Origin: Candidatus Uhrbacteria bacterium
GTDB lineage: Bacteria; Patescibacteriota; Patescibacteriia; UBA9934
DNA length: 64,000 nucleotides
Direction of reading: 5' to 3'
Assembly: GCA_018664485.1 (NCBI GenBank)
Contig: JABJOE010000007.1
Coordinates: 132,353 to 196,352 of the forward strand
Of the stretch, positions 44,270-52,574 are shown one piece after another. Numbering within the stretch: position 1 is the stretch's first letter; every line of letters begins with the position of its first letter. A model generated the notes under the pieces. The model saw only the letters and a program-made list of their open reading frames with translations. It ran no database searches and was not told where the DNA came from. Both the position numbers and the translations under genes were made by a program.

Positions 44270-44656
44270 ATGAGCGCGATCCTCTTTCTCCTGCTTTCAA
44301 GTCTCCTAGCACACGCAGACGACATCGTCACTACAACAAGGGCCGAAACGGTTGTCGGTTATAGTGACGAGACTCTGATCTCCATAACTTCCGAAGTTGG
44401 AAGAGAGTGCTACGCCGCACGAAAGTGGCGACACTCAACTCTCGTATGCAGCGACATAGCAGTCTACACAATCCTTACGCACTCAGGTACATCATTGAAA
44501 AGTGTCAGTGTACCCATGTCGGCAACGACCTGGAATACTGCTCCGGTACCTGGTAGCCGAATCGAAATTAGGTGCGAAGTAACAGTAGATGAGTACAACA
44601 ACACAAACGGGTACCCGCTATTCATCCGGCGCCTTGATGAGTGCTGGGCGAACTAG
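44270..44656 (+). CDS. Cassette ORF2: hypothetical secreted 128-aa protein (signal peptide, 6 Cys).
   Basis: MSAILFLLLSSLLAHADD signal peptide. No recognised family. Confidence 0.5.
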   Translation: MSAILFLLLSSLLAHADDIVTTTRAETVVGYSDETLISITSEVGRECYAARKWRHSTLVCSDIAVYTILTHSGTSLKSVSVPMSATTWNTAPVPGSRIEIRCEVTVDEYNNTNGYPLFIRRLDECWAN

Positions 44657-44751
44657 TCAAACCCTTCTCCCCCTGGTACTAACCGGGGGCTCGATATAGA
44701 GCATGACAGAATCGTGCCTTGCGTCGAGCTAGATCATATCTGGCCTACATG

Positions 44752-44876
44752 CAGCCCTCGACCAACGAGGACTTCCAATAATCCGGATTTCCCGGTGAGG
44801 ATGACAAGCTGTACTAGATATCCTGCCCCTCGGGTCATGGATAGCTATCCCTTGGTACGGATAGAAGTAATAAGAG
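44752..44876 (+). repeat. Array repeat copy C (M2 module); the preceding M1 is replaced by a different GC hairpin (44669-44689).
   Basis: GCCCTCGACCAACGAGGACTTCCAATAATCCGGATTTCCCGGTGAGGATGACAAGCTGTACTAGATATCCTGCCCCTCGGGTCATGGATAGCTATCCCTTGGTACGGATAGAAGTAATAAGAG-ATG is about 95% identical to copy D across M2. Confidence 0.65.
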
Positions 44877-45404
44877 ATGCCAGAACATCAGAAAACTGAG
44901 GCTATGCTAAAAATGATGGCCAGCCGGACGGCAAAGGAGCTTCCGCCCCTTCCAGATGGATCCAAAATCATTCTGGAAGACGCACCTTCCGGACTCGTTC
45001 TAGCCAGAAACAGTCAGCGAGGAGGAATGTTTAGAAGGTGGAACGATGACAGAGGTCTTTTTCGCCGATTACTAGATCTGCTTCTTGGGTACAGTAGGAA
45101 AGGAGTACCCGTTCGACTGTTCGACCTGACCTGCTCAAACCAGTTCGACCTAGTTGAGTCAGAGCACGTCATAAAGGAAGCGTACATGGAGCTTCGGTGC
45201 ATCATCCAAACAAAGCCCAAACAGGTCTACCGAGAACTGTTTGGTAAAGCTGCACCTCCTCACTGGTCAAATAAGGAGGAGATGTGTATGCATAGACTAA
45301 ATGATGCATTCAAAATCAATCAACGGAACCGCACTGATCTCTCTGGGGTCTTCGCGATCCGGTATGCGTGCGAATGCGCCATAAAAGCAAGCTACCCACT
45401 CTAG
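44877..45404 (+). CDS. Cassette ORF3: hypothetical 175-aa protein.
   Basis: ATG directly follows repeat C. No recognised family. Confidence 0.5.
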   Translation: MPEHQKTEAMLKMMASRTAKELPPLPDGSKIILEDAPSGLVLARNSQRGGMFRRWNDDRGLFRRLLDLLLGYSRKGVPVRLFDLTCSNQFDLVESEHVIKEAYMELRCIIQTKPKQVYRELFGKAAPPHWSNKEEMCMHRLNDAFKINQRNRTDLSGVFAIRYACECAIKASYPL

Positions 45405-45410
45405 TACCTT

Positions 45411-45610
45411 CCCCAAGCTCTAAGCTTGGGGCTCCGCAGAGCACATCACATCGTGGTGGATTCCGCAGAGCAGGATAATATCCCGCTTAAATACAGCCCT
45501 CGACCAACGAGGACTTCCAATAATCCGGATTTCCCGGTGAGGATGACAAGCTGTACTAGATATCCTGCCTCTCGGGTCATGGATAGCTATCCGGAAGGAT
45601 AGTGGTAGTC
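45411..45610 (+). repeat. Array repeat copy D (M1+M2) between ORF3 and ORF4.
   Basis: CCCCAAGCT-CTA-AGCTTGGGG (45411-45431), then CTCCGCAGAGC...TTCCGCAGAGC, then M2, ending with the GGATAGCTATCC palindrome and CTATCC-GGAA-GGATAG. Confidence 0.65.
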
Positions 45611-45886
45611 ATGAAAATTCAAACAAAAACAGCTAAAGCGTTCCTTGAAGATAAAGTTGGCACAGCCACCATCCAGCTAATGTGGCTCCTGTTCACAGTC
45701 GAATGGGCATGGATGTTCTCTGGTGTAGCAGAGTACATGATCGCAGCACCAATCGGTGGAACGATCGTAACCTTTATTATCGCCGCGGCAAGTGAAAGCC
45801 GCGAGCAAGCAGAGGCCAGACAAGTGTCGCTAATGTTCCTCGCCTCTCCGCTTGCGTTCGCTATCTACGTCGTCCCTATGTTTTGA
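45611..45886 (+). CDS. Cassette ORF4: hypothetical 91-aa membrane protein (2-3 TM).
   Basis: Start ATG 45611 (MKIQTKT...). The ORF-track GTG at 45602 lies inside the repeat. An intrinsic terminator follows at 45913-45962. Confidence 0.5.
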   Translation: MKIQTKTAKAFLEDKVGTATIQLMWLLFTVEWAWMFSGVAEYMIAAPIGGTIVTFIIAAASESREQAEARQVSLMFLASPLAFAIYVVPMF

Positions 45887-45912
45887 TGAGCTTCACACCT
45901 CTTCAATTCCCT

Positions 45913-45962
45913 CCCCCGCGCCATCTGGTATAGCGGGGGTTTGAGTTTGGGCTTTATTTTTT
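45913..45962 (+). terminator. Rho-independent terminator ending the cassette-like array.
   Basis: CCCCCGC (45913-45919) / GCGGGGG (45933-45939) with a 13-nt loop, followed by TTTGAGTTTGGGCTTTATTTTTT. Confidence 0.55.
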
Positions 45963-46032
45963 ACCAATAAACTGCGTGAGCTCAGCAAATTAAGGTTGAT
46001 TTCATTACCTATAGCTGTTTGCGTGAACTGCG

Positions 46033-46758
46033 TTGTTAGCGTACGATACGCCTATTATGCGACTGAATAAATATATTGCTCAATCAGGATACTGTTCACG
46101 CCGAAAGGCTGATCAGCTAATTGAAGACGGTGTGGTGACCATCAATGGGAATCCATCAGAGGTAGGTCAAAAAGTGGCCCACAATGATGTTGTTGCAGTG
46201 AACGGTCAAAAAATAGAAATAAACGAAAAGGAAGTTTATTTAGCTTTTCACAAACCATTTGGCGTAATCTGTACCGCTGACGAAAAAGCCGACAATACTA
46301 TTTACGACTACCTTCCTACTGATCAACGACTTCTGTATGTTGGTAGACTCGACGTTGAATCAAGTGGACTCCTGATCATGACAAGCGACGGGAATGTTGC
46401 AAACGCGATTGCGCACGGAAGCGGAAGTCACGAAAAAGAATACATCGTAACTGTCGACAAACCGATCAATCGAGCATTCGCTAAAAAAATGCGTGACGGT
46501 GTAATCATCGAAGGAGAAAAAACAAAACCAGCTCTTATCAAAAAAATGCGAGATGACCGATTCTCTCTCATCATCACACAAGGACGCAACCGACAGGTCA
46601 GAAAAATGTGTGAAGCTTTTGGATACAAAGTAAAAACACTTCGACGCGTTCGCGTTATGAACGTAAAGCTAGGAGCGCTTGGCGAAGGAAACTACCGGCC
46701 ACTTACAAAAAATGAACGCCGAGGACTTTTGGCATCGCTAGGAATGAAACAAGCTTAA
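46033..46758 (+). CDS. Pseudouridine synthase, RsuA/RluB family (S4 domain plus catalytic domain).
   Basis: S4 RNA-binding N-terminus (RLNKYIAQSGYCSRRKADQLIEDGVVTING). Catalytic-Asp motif region (LLYVGRLDVESSGLLIMTSDG). C-terminal ...RQVRKMCEAFGY. Confidence 0.85.
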   Translation: MLAYDTPIMRLNKYIAQSGYCSRRKADQLIEDGVVTINGNPSEVGQKVAHNDVVAVNGQKIEINEKEVYLAFHKPFGVICTADEKADNTIYDYLPTDQRLLYVGRLDVESSGLLIMTSDGNVANAIAHGSGSHEKEYIVTVDKPINRAFAKKMRDGVIIEGEKTKPALIKKMRDDRFSLIITQGRNRQVRKMCEAFGYKVKTLRRVRVMNVKLGALGEGNYRPLTKNERRGLLASLGMKQA

Positions 46759-46794
46759 GGCCGGTTAATTTCGTTTTCCACTAACTACAAGTAT

Positions 46795-47382
46795 GTGATG
46801 AATAAACGGACGGTACAAATCATTGATTTTTTGAAAACCATTGAGGCTTTTAAAACGATTGAGCGAGAAATCCCAACGTCAGCCGGGCGACCAGAGAGCG
46901 ACGCTGAGCACTCTTGGCACCTAGCCATGTTCCTTATCGCCTTTCAAGCAGAACTACCACCAACCCTCAACATGCAACGAGCACTGGAACTCGCACTCAT
47001 GCATGATCTTGTTGAAATCTACGCAGGTGATACCTTTGCTTTTGATATTGAAGGTCGTAAAACAAAAAAGGACCGAGAAGAACGAGCAGCTGTTCGTCTT
47101 TTTGATAAACTGCCAGACGACATCAAAGAACGTTTTACAAAATTATTCCGAGAATACGAAGACCAAACCTCAATCGAAGCACAAATCGTAAAGGCACTCG
47201 ACAAATTGCAGCCAAGCCTCGTAAATTCTCAACTTGAAGGTGGCACTTGGGCAAAGCATGATCTTTCATATGAGAAAATCATGAAATACAAACGCCAATA
47301 CGTAGAGCCATTTCCGTTCATCGAATCACTAATGGACGACATACTACAGGGCTCTGTAAACGAAGGACATCTTAGTCCGTAA
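46795..47382 (+). CDS. HD-domain phosphohydrolase (YfbR-like 5'-deoxynucleotidase family).
   Basis: SDAEHSWHLAM ... ALMHDLVEIYAGDT: a His, HD, Asp metal-site pattern of the HD_3 / YfbR type. Confidence 0.75.
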   Translation: MMNKRTVQIIDFLKTIEAFKTIEREIPTSAGRPESDAEHSWHLAMFLIAFQAELPPTLNMQRALELALMHDLVEIYAGDTFAFDIEGRKTKKDREERAAVRLFDKLPDDIKERFTKLFREYEDQTSIEAQIVKALDKLQPSLVNSQLEGGTWAKHDLSYEKIMKYKRQYVEPFPFIESLMDDILQGSVNEGHLSP

Positions 47383-47390
47383 ATTCTCTT

Positions 47391-47912
47391 ATGATCAAAA
47401 CTATCATTTTAGCTTTTCTCTGGGCAGTTATCGCAACAGCTGCCTGGGCTGGATGGTCCGCAGCACCTTGGGTTCCGAGCAAAACGAAATATAGAAGATT
47501 GTTTTTAGGCCGAATTCCAATAAATGAAGGAGATACCGTTTATGATCTCGGTTGTGGAACCGGAACCGTTTTAATCGATGTACTTGAGAAATATCCAAAT
47601 ACCAAAGCAATTGGCGTTGAAATATCAATCATTCCCTACCTCGTAGCGAAATTCAGGTCATTAACGCGACCCAACATGCAAGTGCGTTACGGGAACCTTT
47701 TTCGGACAAACCTAGCAGACGCCGATGTTGTTTTCATATACCTTCTGGAAAAAGCGTATCCAAAACTGCTCAAAAAACTCCGTGGTGAGCTTAAACCAAC
47801 CTCCTTACTCGTACTTGAAGCCTGGCCTTTCAAAGGAATCGAACCGTGGAAAATAATCAAAGAACAGGACACCCTTCCAATCAATCTATATCGAGGAGAA
47901 GACCTTCAATGA
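47391..47912 (+). CDS. Class I SAM-dependent methyltransferase.
   Basis: Motif I VYDLGCGTGTVLIDVL and the downstream acidic residue pattern. The substrate is unknown. Confidence 0.75.
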   Translation: MIKTIILAFLWAVIATAAWAGWSAAPWVPSKTKYRRLFLGRIPINEGDTVYDLGCGTGTVLIDVLEKYPNTKAIGVEISIIPYLVAKFRSLTRPNMQVRYGNLFRTNLADADVVFIYLLEKAYPKLLKKLRGELKPTSLLVLEAWPFKGIEPWKIIKEQDTLPINLYRGEDLQ

Positions 47913-47940
47913 AATAGGCTGAAGATGATACAATGTACGT

Positions 47941-48915
47941 ATGTATAATCTTCTTACCGTAGGCGACATCAAGCTCGATACCTTTATTTCTATCCCAAAG
48001 GCGAGTGTTCAATGTCAGCTGAAAATGCCGGCCTGCCAACTCTGTATTGAGTATGGTAAAAAAATTCCTGTACACAATATCGTTACCCAAGTTGCAGGCA
48101 GCGCTCCAAATGTAGCTGTTGGAATTGCTAAGATGAAGAAAACCGTCGCTGTGAGCAGCATAATGGGAAAAGACGCTACAAATGTTCTCGCTCTAGATTT
48201 TTTAAAGGAACACAAGGTCGATACAAAATATATTAAGGCTGATCCAAAGCACAAAAGTAGTTTTGCTGCAGTATTGAATTTTAAAGGAGAGTCTACTCAG
48301 CTCGTATCACACGGTGATGTTGAATACCGTCTCTCAAACCGCACACCAAAGAGCGAGTGGATCCATGTATCGGAACTCGGTGGAGGATACGAAAAACTCT
48401 ACAAAGATCTTGTAGTCCTGCAAAAGAAACGGGGTGTAAAAATAAGCATCAACCCGGGTGTGATCCAGATCGAAGAAAGAAAAAAGGAATTGCTCGCCCT
48501 TTTAAAAGTTACTGAGGTTCTATTCGTGAACCGACGTGAAGCAGGGCAACTAATCGGCAAAAGTCACAAAAACGATGTCCGTAAAATAATGACAGGACTT
48601 AAAGACCTTGGACCAAAATACGTAGTAATGACAGATGGACGCGACGGGGCCTACGCATACGACGGTGAGCAGTTAGACTTTGCCCCAATGTTCCCAGGAA
48701 GGCGTGTAGAGGCAACTGGAGCCGGTGATGCATTCACTACAGGGTTCTTGGGTGCAATGATACATGGGAAAACACACCGTGAATCACTAACCTGGGGTGC
48801 TGTAAACGCAGCATCAGTAGTATTCCATATCGGACCCACAGAAGGACTACTTACACATACACAAATCCGAAAACAATTACGAGAACGCCCAAAATACAAA
48901 ACAAAAGAACTGTAG
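47941..48915 (+). CDS. PfkB-family carbohydrate/nucleoside kinase (ribokinase-like).
   Basis: PfkB signature 2 ...ATGAGDAFTTGFLGAM, plus an N-terminal GG-containing lid region. Confidence 0.8.
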   Translation: MYNLLTVGDIKLDTFISIPKASVQCQLKMPACQLCIEYGKKIPVHNIVTQVAGSAPNVAVGIAKMKKTVAVSSIMGKDATNVLALDFLKEHKVDTKYIKADPKHKSSFAAVLNFKGESTQLVSHGDVEYRLSNRTPKSEWIHVSELGGGYEKLYKDLVVLQKKRGVKISINPGVIQIEERKKELLALLKVTEVLFVNRREAGQLIGKSHKNDVRKIMTGLKDLGPKYVVMTDGRDGAYAYDGEQLDFAPMFPGRRVEATGAGDAFTTGFLGAMIHGKTHRESLTWGAVNAASVVFHIGPTEGLLTHTQIRKQLRERPKYKTKEL

Positions 48916-48919
48916 ACAT

Positions 48920-49846
48920 ATGCCTCTAGTCACCCTTAAAAAAGTTCTCACAAAAGCCAACAAGCGTAACTATGCGGTTGGAGCTTTCAATATCAACAAC
49001 CTTGAAATGTTGCAGGCCATAATGGAAGCTGCCGAGGCTGAACGCTCTCCGGTAATTATCTCTACAAGTGAAGGGGCGATTAACTACGCTGGTATGATGG
49101 AGCTAGGTTCTTTGGTCCACATTGCGGCAAAACGCTCAAAGCGTCCCGTTGTCTTTCACCTAGACCATGGAAAGAACTACAACCTAGTTGTAGAAGCTAT
49201 CAAAAGTGGGCTCTACACCAGTGTAATGTACGACGGCTCTTCTCTACCCTTCGAACAAAACATTAAAAAGACAAAAAAACTTGTTGCGATGGCACATAAG
49301 CGAGGAATTTCGCTCGAAGCTGAATTGGGATCTATCGCAGGAATTGAAGACTTCGTATCAGTAGAAGAAAAGGACGCTCATCTTACAAATCCAGATCAAG
49401 CGAAAGATTTTATAAGGCGGACCGGATGCGACGCATTGGCAATCGCTGTGGGAACAAGTCACGGTGCATACAAATTCTCAGGAGCATCTAAATTAGACCA
49501 GAAACGCCTCACACAAATCAAACTACTCACAAAGATGCCGCTAGTATTACATGGCGCTTCGGGAGTGCCATCAAATATCAAAAACCTCTGCATTAAATAC
49601 GGATGTAAAATCGAAAAAGCAAAGGGTGTATCTGACGCGAGTATCAAGAAAGCTATTTCAAACGGTATCAACAAAATTAACATCGACACGGATTTACGCA
49701 TCGCATTTGATGCCGGCATCCGAAAGTTTCTCAAAGATAATCCAGAGGTAATTGATCCACGAAAAATACTTACTCCAGCAAAGGAGCTAATTACAAAAGT
49801 CGTTCGACACAAGATGAAGATGTTCGGAAGTAGCAACAAGGGATAA
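48920..49846 (+). CDS. Class II (metal-dependent) fructose/tagatose-bisphosphate aldolase.
   Basis: MPLVTLKKVLTKANKRNYAVGAFNINNLEMLQAIMEAAEAERSPVIISTSEGA...LDHG...HGASGVP are typical FbaA/GatY-family blocks. Confidence 0.88.
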   Translation: MPLVTLKKVLTKANKRNYAVGAFNINNLEMLQAIMEAAEAERSPVIISTSEGAINYAGMMELGSLVHIAAKRSKRPVVFHLDHGKNYNLVVEAIKSGLYTSVMYDGSSLPFEQNIKKTKKLVAMAHKRGISLEAELGSIAGIEDFVSVEEKDAHLTNPDQAKDFIRRTGCDALAIAVGTSHGAYKFSGASKLDQKRLTQIKLLTKMPLVLHGASGVPSNIKNLCIKYGCKIEKAKGVSDASIKKAISNGINKINIDTDLRIAFDAGIRKFLKDNPEVIDPRKILTPAKELITKVVRHKMKMFGSSNKG

Positions 49847-49874
49847 GTACTGGATAAACACGGGGCAAAACCTC

Positions 49875-50888
49875 GTGTTTTGTTATACTGTTATTGAACC
49901 CAAATATACTATGTACGATGTAATAACTATAGGATCAGCAACAAAAGACATCTTTTTAGTGTCTAAACATTTTCAAATAATTCAGTCTGAGCAATTCGCC
50001 ACTGGATATGGAGAGTGCGTTGCTTTCGGATCAAAAATTGAAATCGAAAAAGCGATAATGACGACTGGTGGTGGTGGTACAAACGCAGCTGCAACATTCG
50101 CACAGCTTGGATTTAAAACCGCCGTCATAACTCGAATTGGAGATGACTCTTCGGGACGAGATGTATTAGAGGACTTGAAGTTAGCAGGCGTAAAGACAAC
50201 GCTAGTACAAAAAATTAAAGATGGACAAACCGGTCTCGGAGTTCAGCTCACAGCAAAAGACGGTGAACGATCCGTACTTGTAAACCGAGGTGTCTCAAGT
50301 TCGTTTTCTCCAAAAGATATTCCATGGCCCAAGCTGAAATCAAAATGGATCTACATGACTTCCCTTGCCGGCAACACCGCGCTCGCAGCGCGCATTGCAA
50401 AACACGCAAAAGCAAATAACATTAAGATTGCGTTTAATCCTGGCTCAAAAGAATTAAAAAAAGGTCTACGTGGAATGAAGTCTATAATGGCCAATCTCAC
50501 ACTACTAAACCTCAATCTTGAAGAAGCTCAGCTACTTGCAGGCTCTAAAACAAAAGAGGTCGATGCACTTTGTAAAAAGATCGGACGAGAAGGGCTGACA
50601 CTTATCATTACAGACGGCCCTCGTGGCGCATATGCTCATCAAAACGGAGAAACCTGGTTTGTACGACCAAGCCCTACCAAGGGAATCTCGCGAACAGGGG
50701 CTGGAGACGCTTTCGGATCAGGGCTCGTTGCGAGTCTTGCGAAGGGTAACGATATCCCACACAGCCTTCGTGTCGGAGTCGAAAATGCAGAGTCTATCAT
50801 CCAATCATATGGTGCAAAAATCGGAATTCTCAAAAAGTGGCCAACAAAATCAAGGCTAACTCGATATAAAGTCCGTAAACTTTCTTAA
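49875..50888 (+). CDS. Second PfkB-family carbohydrate kinase.
   Basis: ...RTGAGDAFGSGLVASL signature. The likely start is ATG 49911 (MYDVITIGSATKD). Confidence 0.8.
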   Translation: MFCYTVIEPKYTMYDVITIGSATKDIFLVSKHFQIIQSEQFATGYGECVAFGSKIEIEKAIMTTGGGGTNAAATFAQLGFKTAVITRIGDDSSGRDVLEDLKLAGVKTTLVQKIKDGQTGLGVQLTAKDGERSVLVNRGVSSSFSPKDIPWPKLKSKWIYMTSLAGNTALAARIAKHAKANNIKIAFNPGSKELKKGLRGMKSIMANLTLLNLNLEEAQLLAGSKTKEVDALCKKIGREGLTLIITDGPRGAYAHQNGETWFVRPSPTKGISRTGAGDAFGSGLVASLAKGNDIPHSLRVGVENAESIIQSYGAKIGILKKWPTKSRLTRYKVRKLS

Positions 50889-50889
50889 T

Positions 50890-51579
50890 ATGAACGCACG
50901 ACAGCCGCAGGCGCATAAACATCACAATGGAATTCTAATAGTTCTGGTCATATGCTGTCTATCTCTCTTTATTACTATATTTGGACTTATCGCAATTGAT
51001 CTTTTTGAGACAGAAACCGAAGTACCGTCAGAAACTGTGACCGAAGTTACTAGCGATGAAGATGACGTCGAAGATGATGAGTCAGTAATTGAAATAAGTA
51101 TATTCGATAGATTTGGATCATTGCCTGATTTTGAATACCCATCATCATGGCATATGGTCATAAATGATTACTTCTTCGAAGGAGACAAGACCCAAATACT
51201 AGACATGAGCCCACAACCAATGTGGTTTTGTGAAGGGTGCGACGGACCATACACGCCAATTACAATAACCTCACAAGACTCAGATGCAATTATCAGTAAT
51301 CACGAATCGTTCCTGGCGTTTGTAGAAGCTCGATATGCAGACGAGATGTTTTATACCGATGTTGTAGTAGTGGAGCTAAGCAATGAGCACGGTGATCTTT
51401 ATCAAGTTAGCGGTTCATTTGACGCTCTCGGCTCGGGAACCTTCGATGAACTTGTTTTTGATAACGGAGACCAACTTATAATAGTTAACCTGATGCTTCT
51501 AAGCGGCCTCGAAGAATCTTCCGAATCCGCTGCCTGGGACATCGTTTCATCTTCAATCGACTTTAGTAACATCAACTAA
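50890..51579 (+). CDS. Hypothetical membrane-anchored acidic protein.
   Basis: N-terminal TM (ILIVLVICCLSLFITIFGLIAI), then an acidic Ser/Thr/Glu/Asp-rich extracytoplasmic region. Confidence 0.45.
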   Translation: MNARQPQAHKHHNGILIVLVICCLSLFITIFGLIAIDLFETETEVPSETVTEVTSDEDDVEDDESVIEISIFDRFGSLPDFEYPSSWHMVINDYFFEGDKTQILDMSPQPMWFCEGCDGPYTPITITSQDSDAIISNHESFLAFVEARYADEMFYTDVVVVELSNEHGDLYQVSGSFDALGSGTFDELVFDNGDQLIIVNLMLLSGLEESSESAAWDIVSSSIDFSNIN

Positions 51580-51581
51580 AT

Positions 51582-52571
51582 ATGACTAAAATTTTCATCA
51601 CTCGAGACATTCCTGATGAAGGGATTAAAATGCTAAAAAAGCGTAAGAGTATAAAGCTCGATATCTATAATAAGGATACAAAAATTCCTCGACGGGAATT
51701 ACTTAAGCGAGTACGTGGCTGTGACATCATACTGTCTATCCTTACAGAGAAGATCGACGCAAAAGTAATGGATGCAGCAGGGCCTCAGCTTAAAATGATC
51801 GCTAACTATGCTGTAGGATTCAACAACGTAGACCTGGCAGCTGCAAAAGAACGTGGCATCGTAGTTACAAATGCTCCAGGACCTGAAATCGTAGAGTCTG
51901 TAGCTGAACATGCGATCGCCCTTATCTTTGCGCTTGCTCACAGAGTCGTTGAAACCGACAAATTTACTCGAGCCGGAAAATATCATGGATGGGGACCAAA
52001 ACTTCTCCTTGGATCCGACGTCTCGGGGAAAACTCTCGGTGTTATCGGAACTGGTCGGATTGGAAAAGGTCTCATCAAGCGGATGTACGACGGTTTCGGG
52101 GTAAAGATTATCTATAACAACATCAGTCGTGACAAAGCGTTGGAGAAAAAGTACAAAGCAAAATATCGAACGAAGATGCAACTCCTCAAAGAAGCAGACT
52201 TCGTAAGCCTCCACGTACCGCTCTTAGACTCAACTCGACATCTTATTAGCACGAAGGAGCTCAAGGCCATGAAGAAGACCGCTTTTCTCATAAACACCTC
52301 ACGCGGACCGGTTATCGACGAACTCGCGCTTACAAAAGCACTAAAAAGAGGTGAGATCGGAGGAGCCGGCCTCGATGTATATGAATGTGAGCCACTCACT
52401 GACTGCAATCCGAGAGATAGCTACCAGCTTCGAAAGTTATCCAACGTGGTCTTAACACCTCATACTGCATCTGCTACGGTGGAGACACGACAAGCAATGA
52501 GTAGAGTGGCAGCGAAAAATATCTTAGCCTTTTTGGATGGGAAACGACCGCCAAATAGGATAACCAAATAG
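51582..52571 (+). CDS. D-isomer-specific 2-hydroxyacid dehydrogenase (glycerate / hydroxypyruvate / phosphoglycerate dehydrogenase family).
   Basis: NAD-binding GxGxxG (LGVIGTGRIGKGLIKRM) and the catalytic region (...RGPVIDELAL...LDVYECEP...TPHTASAT). Confidence 0.88.
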   Translation: MTKIFITRDIPDEGIKMLKKRKSIKLDIYNKDTKIPRRELLKRVRGCDIILSILTEKIDAKVMDAAGPQLKMIANYAVGFNNVDLAAAKERGIVVTNAPGPEIVESVAEHAIALIFALAHRVVETDKFTRAGKYHGWGPKLLLGSDVSGKTLGVIGTGRIGKGLIKRMYDGFGVKIIYNNISRDKALEKKYKAKYRTKMQLLKEADFVSLHVPLLDSTRHLISTKELKAMKKTAFLINTSRGPVIDELALTKALKRGEIGGAGLDVYECEPLTDCNPRDSYQLRKLSNVVLTPHTASATVETRQAMSRVAAKNILAFLDGKRPPNRITK

Positions 52572-52574
52572 TAT

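Noticed and set aside
44059-45610. Canonical integron attC sites bounding gene cassettes.
   Set aside because: There are no RYYYAAC / GTTRRRY core sites at the repeat ends. No intI-like tyrosine recombinase and no attI lie upstream; the upstream gene is transketolase. The resemblance is kept only as an analogy.
43560-45620. Possible CRISPR array, based on the regularly spaced repeats.
   Set aside because: The repeats are 100-210 nt, far longer than CRISPR repeats. They are separated by 360-530-bp protein-coding ORFs and have internal modular structure. No short 25-40-nt direct repeats with unique spacers occur anywhere in the window.
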